Positions 59,554 through 64,000 of a DNA stretch of 64,000 nt are shown here, piece by piece. The stretch covers positions 394 to 64,393 of the forward strand of contig JACPIY010000079.1 of NCBI GenBank assembly GCA_016187835.1, in the 5' to 3' direction. The notes below the pieces were generated by a model that was given only the letters and a program-made list of their open reading frames with translations, did not search any database and had not been told where the DNA came from. Source of the stretch: Deltaproteobacteria bacterium. GTDB taxonomy: Bacteria > Desulfobacterota_D > UBA1144 > Nemesobacterales > CSP1-2. A program made the translations under genes and the position numbers. Numbering within the stretch: position 1 is the first letter of the stretch; each line of letters opens with the position of its first letter.

Positions 59554-62307
59554 TTAGCCAATTTCATTAACTATTGGCAATTCAATAAAAAACGTTGCAC
59601 CTTCCCCTTCCCTGCTGATGACGTAGATATCACCACCATGTTCTTTGATAATCCCATAAGAAACAGAAAGCCCAAGTCCTGTACCTCTTCCTACAGGTTT
59701 GGTCGTAAAGAAGGGGTCAAATATCTTTTTTAGATTTTTCTCGGCGATTCCCGGACCACAGTCGCAAAACGAAATCTCTATTATTTTATCCCCGTCTATC
59801 ATAAGCTTGCTTCGTCCGTTTTTCACCCTGCTTTCTATCACAATCTGCCTCTTACTCTCCTCACTCTCAACCATAGCCTGCTCTGCGTTGATTATTAGGT
59901 TCAGAAACACCTGTTGAAGTTGATTCGGGTCTGCCATAGAAACGGGCAACTCAGGATCGAGTTTTTTTATAAGCTCAATATTATTTTTTCTAAGGTCATA
60001 TTCTTTAAGGCTCAATGTTCTTTCTAAAATTTCATTTATACTGGTGTACTGTTTCTCAGGACTGTGCTTGCGTGCAAAGGAAAGGAGGTTTTGAATCACT
60101 TTCCTAGCCCTATTTGCCTCATTGTAAATTACATCTATAGGTCTTCGAAGCTGTTCGTCCAGATTTTCCTCTCCAAGAATCATCTCGGAATATCCCATGA
60201 CGACAGCAAGCGGATTATTAACCTCATGGGCAACTCCGGCAATAAGTTCTCCCACCGCCGCCAACTTTGCTGATTGGACGAGCTGTTCATGTAGATTTTC
60301 CCTTTCTGTAATGTCGAACATAATAGCTGTGAGAATCTGTCGTCCACCGATCTTACAGGCAGAAAGGGAAACCTCAATTGGAAATTCATCTCCCCCTTTT
60401 TTGATCCCTGCAACTTCAATGGTTTTCCCCAAAAGACTCGAAATATCAGTTCCCAAATTGTTACCTAATCTTATTTTATAAAAATCCCTAAACTTCTCGG
60501 ATATAAGAACATTTAGTTCTTTATCTTCGATTTCCTTTTTTGCATATCCAAAAAGTTCCTCCGCTGAAGGATTAAAGAGGACGATCTTGCCGGCTTCGTC
60601 AATTGCAATAATGGCGCTCTTTGCAGTCTCAACAAGTGTCCTATATCGCTCTTCCGATTCCTTTAAAGCCTGCTCAAGCCTCTTTCTTAAGGTAATATCC
60701 TCGACTACAGATACAATTCCAATCTGCCTTCCATCCTTGTCTTTAACGACGGATGTCTTTTCATAAACGGGAAACACCTCCCCGTTTTTTCTCATCCCAA
60801 GCCGTTCGCCTTCCCATCCTACTATGAGAATCGCCTCATAAATCTTCTTGCTCACCCCGGATGGATCGTCAAACGGATAGAGAATACTGCTCTGTCTTCC
60901 CATAAGCTCTTCAAGTTCATATCCAAATACCTTCTTGTGGACAGGATTGATGTATATAATGTTTCTTTTCATGTCCGTGATTGTTACGGCAGAATTTAAA
61001 CTCCTTACCGCGGCGGCAAGTCTAAGCATTTCTTTATCGGCTTTTCTCCTGTCAGTTATATCTCTTGCAATAATCTGAATAGCAGGTTTTTGCTCATACT
61101 CGGTTAAAACTCCATTAACATCCAAAATCACCTCTTCCTGGTTTTTGTTGATTAATACGACCTCGTAATTTGAGATTTCTTCCCCTTTAAGTTTCTTGTT
61201 AATATTCTCCACGAAAACATCCCGAGAACGAGAAGATATAATATCCACAACCTTCAAACCATAGAACTCATCAGGCGTATACAAAAGGATATTAAAAGCC
61301 TTTCTATTTACGTACTTGAACCTGTTGTTCTGAATTATAAAAATTAAGTCGGGAGAATTCTCAACTAAAGCCCTATACTTCTGCTCCGACTCTTTGAGCT
61401 GGTCGGATTTTAATTTCGTATACTCATAAAGCTTGGCATTTTCAATAGCTATGGCCGCAGTCCGAGCCAAACCTTCAAGGAGTTGTGCACCATCATCTTG
61501 ACTAAAATCTTCTTGCTTTTTATTGCAGACCTCAATAACTCCTAAGAAATCCCCTTTTCTGCCAACTATCGGCACACAAATATAAGAATTGACCCAGGGA
61601 AGTGGTAAAAAGAAAGTATCTAATTTGTCGTTATCTTCTGAATCATCGGAAGTATATATATTTCTATCTTTCCAGAACTGCTCTAAGGTCCCTATTTCAA
61701 GGTCATTAGAATTAGATATATCTTGCCAATTTTTTCCATCCCAGAACTCCCGCATCATTACCTTATCATTTCCAAAAAGTGCAATAGAACCACATTCGCT
61801 CTCAGTAATAACCAAGCTCCTCTTAACAAGCTGCCTAAGAAGCTGCTTCATATTGAGCTGGGAATTTATATCTTCCGTCGCATTTAGAAGAGAATGAATC
61901 TGATCAAGCCTTCTGTCGCTCTGGATTTTCAGTCGTTGCTTTTCTAAAGCCTTTAGAACAAGCGCTTTTACATACTCAACATTAAATGGCTTCTCAAGAT
62001 AAGCAAACGCATCTTCTTTCATAGCTTGCACAGATATATCGGAAAGGGAATCAGAGTCGGCAAATAAAATAACTTCGGTACTTGGAGAAATAGACTTAAT
62101 CTGCCTCAAGATTTCTACACCAGAATTATCAGATAAAGAAATATCAACAAAAATCACGTGAAAAAATTTCCTACTGATAATGTCAATAACTTCATGCCCC
62201 GTATCCACAAGAGAGAAATTGAACTCCTCGCCTTTTAGAGACGTAACAAATTCCTCAGCCAAATTTTTATCGCTGAATCCAATCAAAATAGATGGATTGA
62301 TCTTCAA
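59554..62307 (-). CDS. Cytoplasmic hybrid sensor kinase (REC, GAF, 3xPAS, HisKA, HATPase)
   Basis: REC FVDISL..YLEKP; AAIAIENAKLY; three PAS ends (RDIT, EDIT, FDIT); AHEVNNPL; NAEQA; FFTTK..G.GTGLGLS. Confidence 0.93.
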   Translation of the reverse strand: MKINPSILIGFSDKNLAEEFVTSLKGEEFNFSLVDTGHEVIDIISRKFFHVIFVDISLSDNSGVEILRQIKSISPSTEVILFADSDSLSDISVQAMKEDAFAYLEKPFNVEYVKALVLKALEKQRLKIQSDRRLDQIHSLLNATEDINSQLNMKQLLRQLVKRSLVITESECGSIALFGNDKVMMREFWDGKNWQDISNSNDLEIGTLEQFWKDRNIYTSDDSEDNDKLDTFFLPLPWVNSYICVPIVGRKGDFLGVIEVCNKKQEDFSQDDGAQLLEGLARTAAIAIENAKLYEYTKLKSDQLKESEQKYRALVENSPDLIFIIQNNRFKYVNRKAFNILLYTPDEFYGLKVVDIISSRSRDVFVENINKKLKGEEISNYEVVLINKNQEEVILDVNGVLTEYEQKPAIQIIARDITDRRKADKEMLRLAAAVRSLNSAVTITDMKRNIIYINPVHKKVFGYELEELMGRQSSILYPFDDPSGVSKKIYEAILIVGWEGERLGMRKNGEVFPVYEKTSVVKDKDGRQIGIVSVVEDITLRKRLEQALKESEERYRTLVETAKSAIIAIDEAGKIVLFNPSAEELFGYAKKEIEDKELNVLISEKFRDFYKIRLGNNLGTDISSLLGKTIEVAGIKKGGDEFPIEVSLSACKIGGRQILTAIMFDITERENLHEQLVQSAKLAAVGELIAGVAHEVNNPLAVVMGYSEMILGEENLDEQLRRPIDVIYNEANRARKVIQNLLSFARKHSPEKQYTSINEILERTLSLKEYDLRKNNIELIKKLDPELPVSMADPNQLQQVFLNLIINAEQAMVESEESKRQIVIESRVKNGRSKLMIDGDKIIEISFCDCGPGIAEKNLKKIFDPFFTTKPVGRGTGLGLSVSYGIIKEHGGDIYVISREGEGATFFIELPIVNEIG

Positions 62308-62501
62308 TATCTACATCCTCCCCACGATAGAAATTATATATCAAAATCGCGAACTTAACTATCGCTTTAGGCGCTGAGGATAAGAGCCTGTCTTTCCTTT
62401 CTATTCTTATAAAATACTTCACACCAATTTTAGAGTGAAAGTAAAGTTACTAAAATATGTCCTCCGATTCCCAGAAGCCACTTCCATGAGGATAAAGCAC
62501 T

Positions 62502-62747
62502 TCAGATTTCGTCTCTCTGCCCGCTAACCCTTCCTAACTTACTGGAAATATATAGCGATATGGGAGCACAGCTGATAGAAACAACAAGAATTATAAAAAA
62601 ATAGTAGGCAATTTCTTCCTCCGATCTGCCTGAAGCGCCGGAAAAATACCTAAGAAGAATGACAACCAAAATTAAGGCGGAAATTAAACATACAAAAACC
62701 GACGCCATAAAAAGATAAGAAAAAAAGCTGGCAAGAGAACTTTTCAT
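62502..62747 (-). CDS. Small two-TM membrane protein
   Basis: 81 aa with two hydrophobic helices; GAGGG SD. Confidence 0.55.
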   Translation of the reverse strand: MKSSLASFFSYLFMASVFVCLISALILVVILLRYFSGASGRSEEEIAYYFFIILVVSISCAPISLYISSKLGRVSGQRDEI

Positions 62748-62855
62748 CTTTACCCTCGGCTTTTTTTATTAATTTTAGCACAAAATATGAAAACCAGCTC
62801 TTGTAGAAAAATAAAACTGTACACTCAGGAGGCAACCAGTTGATATGAAAGGTTG

Positions 62856-63428
62856 TTAAAACTCCATGATCTCCTTTTCTTTTCTTTCCAGGGTCACATT
62901 TATATCCTTTATAAAGCTATCTGTAACCTCCTGAATCTTGGAAAGGGTTCTTTTTACCTGATCCTCGGGTATCTTTTTTTCTTTTTCCACCTCTTTAGCG
63001 AGATTATTTGTTTCTTTCCTTATCTGCCTAACCGCAACCCTATACTCTTCAGCGAGCTTTCCCACAAACTTTACAAGTTCTTTCCTTCTTTCCTCAGTTA
63101 GGACGGGAACAACTATTCTTATCACCTTGCCATCATTTGAAGGATTTATGCTGAGATCAGATTGCCTGATTGCTTTTTCTATTTTGGCAATCGCACCTGT
63201 ATCCCAAGGTTGAATCACTATTGTCCTAGACTCCGGGACTGAAATTGTAGCGAGTTGATTTATAGGAGTTTGCGTTCCATAGTAATCCACTTTTATATGT
63301 TCGACAAGCGATGTAGAAGCTCTTCCCGTTCTCACTTTTCCAAGCTCCGCCTCAAATACACTAACTGACTTACTCATCCTCTTTTTAGCGTCTTCTAGAA
63401 TGTCATTTAAGCTTTTATCTTCACTCAT
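62856..63428 (-). CDS. frr: Ribosome recycling factor
   Basis: RTGRA, VDYYG, QPWD, P.LTEERRKEL. Confidence 0.97.
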   Translation of the reverse strand: MSEDKSLNDILEDAKKRMSKSVSVFEAELGKVRTGRASTSLVEHIKVDYYGTQTPINQLATISVPESRTIVIQPWDTGAIAKIEKAIRQSDLSINPSNDGKVIRIVVPVLTEERRKELVKFVGKLAEEYRVAVRQIRKETNNLAKEVEKEKKIPEDQVKRTLSKIQEVTDSFIKDINVTLERKEKEIMEF

Positions 63429-63431
63429 CCC

Positions 63432-64000
<569 letters not shown>

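Overview
A 64 kb low-GC bacterial chromosomal segment from a diderm organism. Gene content and protein style look deltaproteobacterial-like, possibly Ca. Dadabacteria; this is an inference only. Most of it is housekeeping: efp, yacG, sirC, gmhA, mutL, ddl, lysA, rpsU-dnaG-rpoD, split transketolase, uppS-dxr-rseP, archease-rtcB-serS, frr-pyrH, tRNA-Val(CAC) and a 5S rRNA gene. Accessory patches are: decayed toxin-antitoxin and LLM fragments (1-1.9 kb); a candidate periplasmic redox/gas-sensing module made of a class III nucleotide cyclase, blue-copper protein, porin, nitroreductase-like protein and exported truncated haemoglobin (2-8.9 kb); a small defence islet with MNT-HEPN and a disrupted ~2,225-codon DUF4011/helicase/Vsr-like/DUF3320 gene (23.8-31.5 kb); and a few orphan ORFs. 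Notable oddities are a family of modular heptamer-armed intergenic palindromes, GTAG-type REPs, an EF-P with Gln at the Lys34 position, a stand-alone 5S rRNA next to a catalytically degenerate tyrosine recombinase, rpsU with a CTG start, two in-frame amber codons, and a probable ~16 kb inversion splitting frr from uppS. Several single-base frameshifts could be assembly errors. No CRISPR array, IS transposase or prophage was seen.
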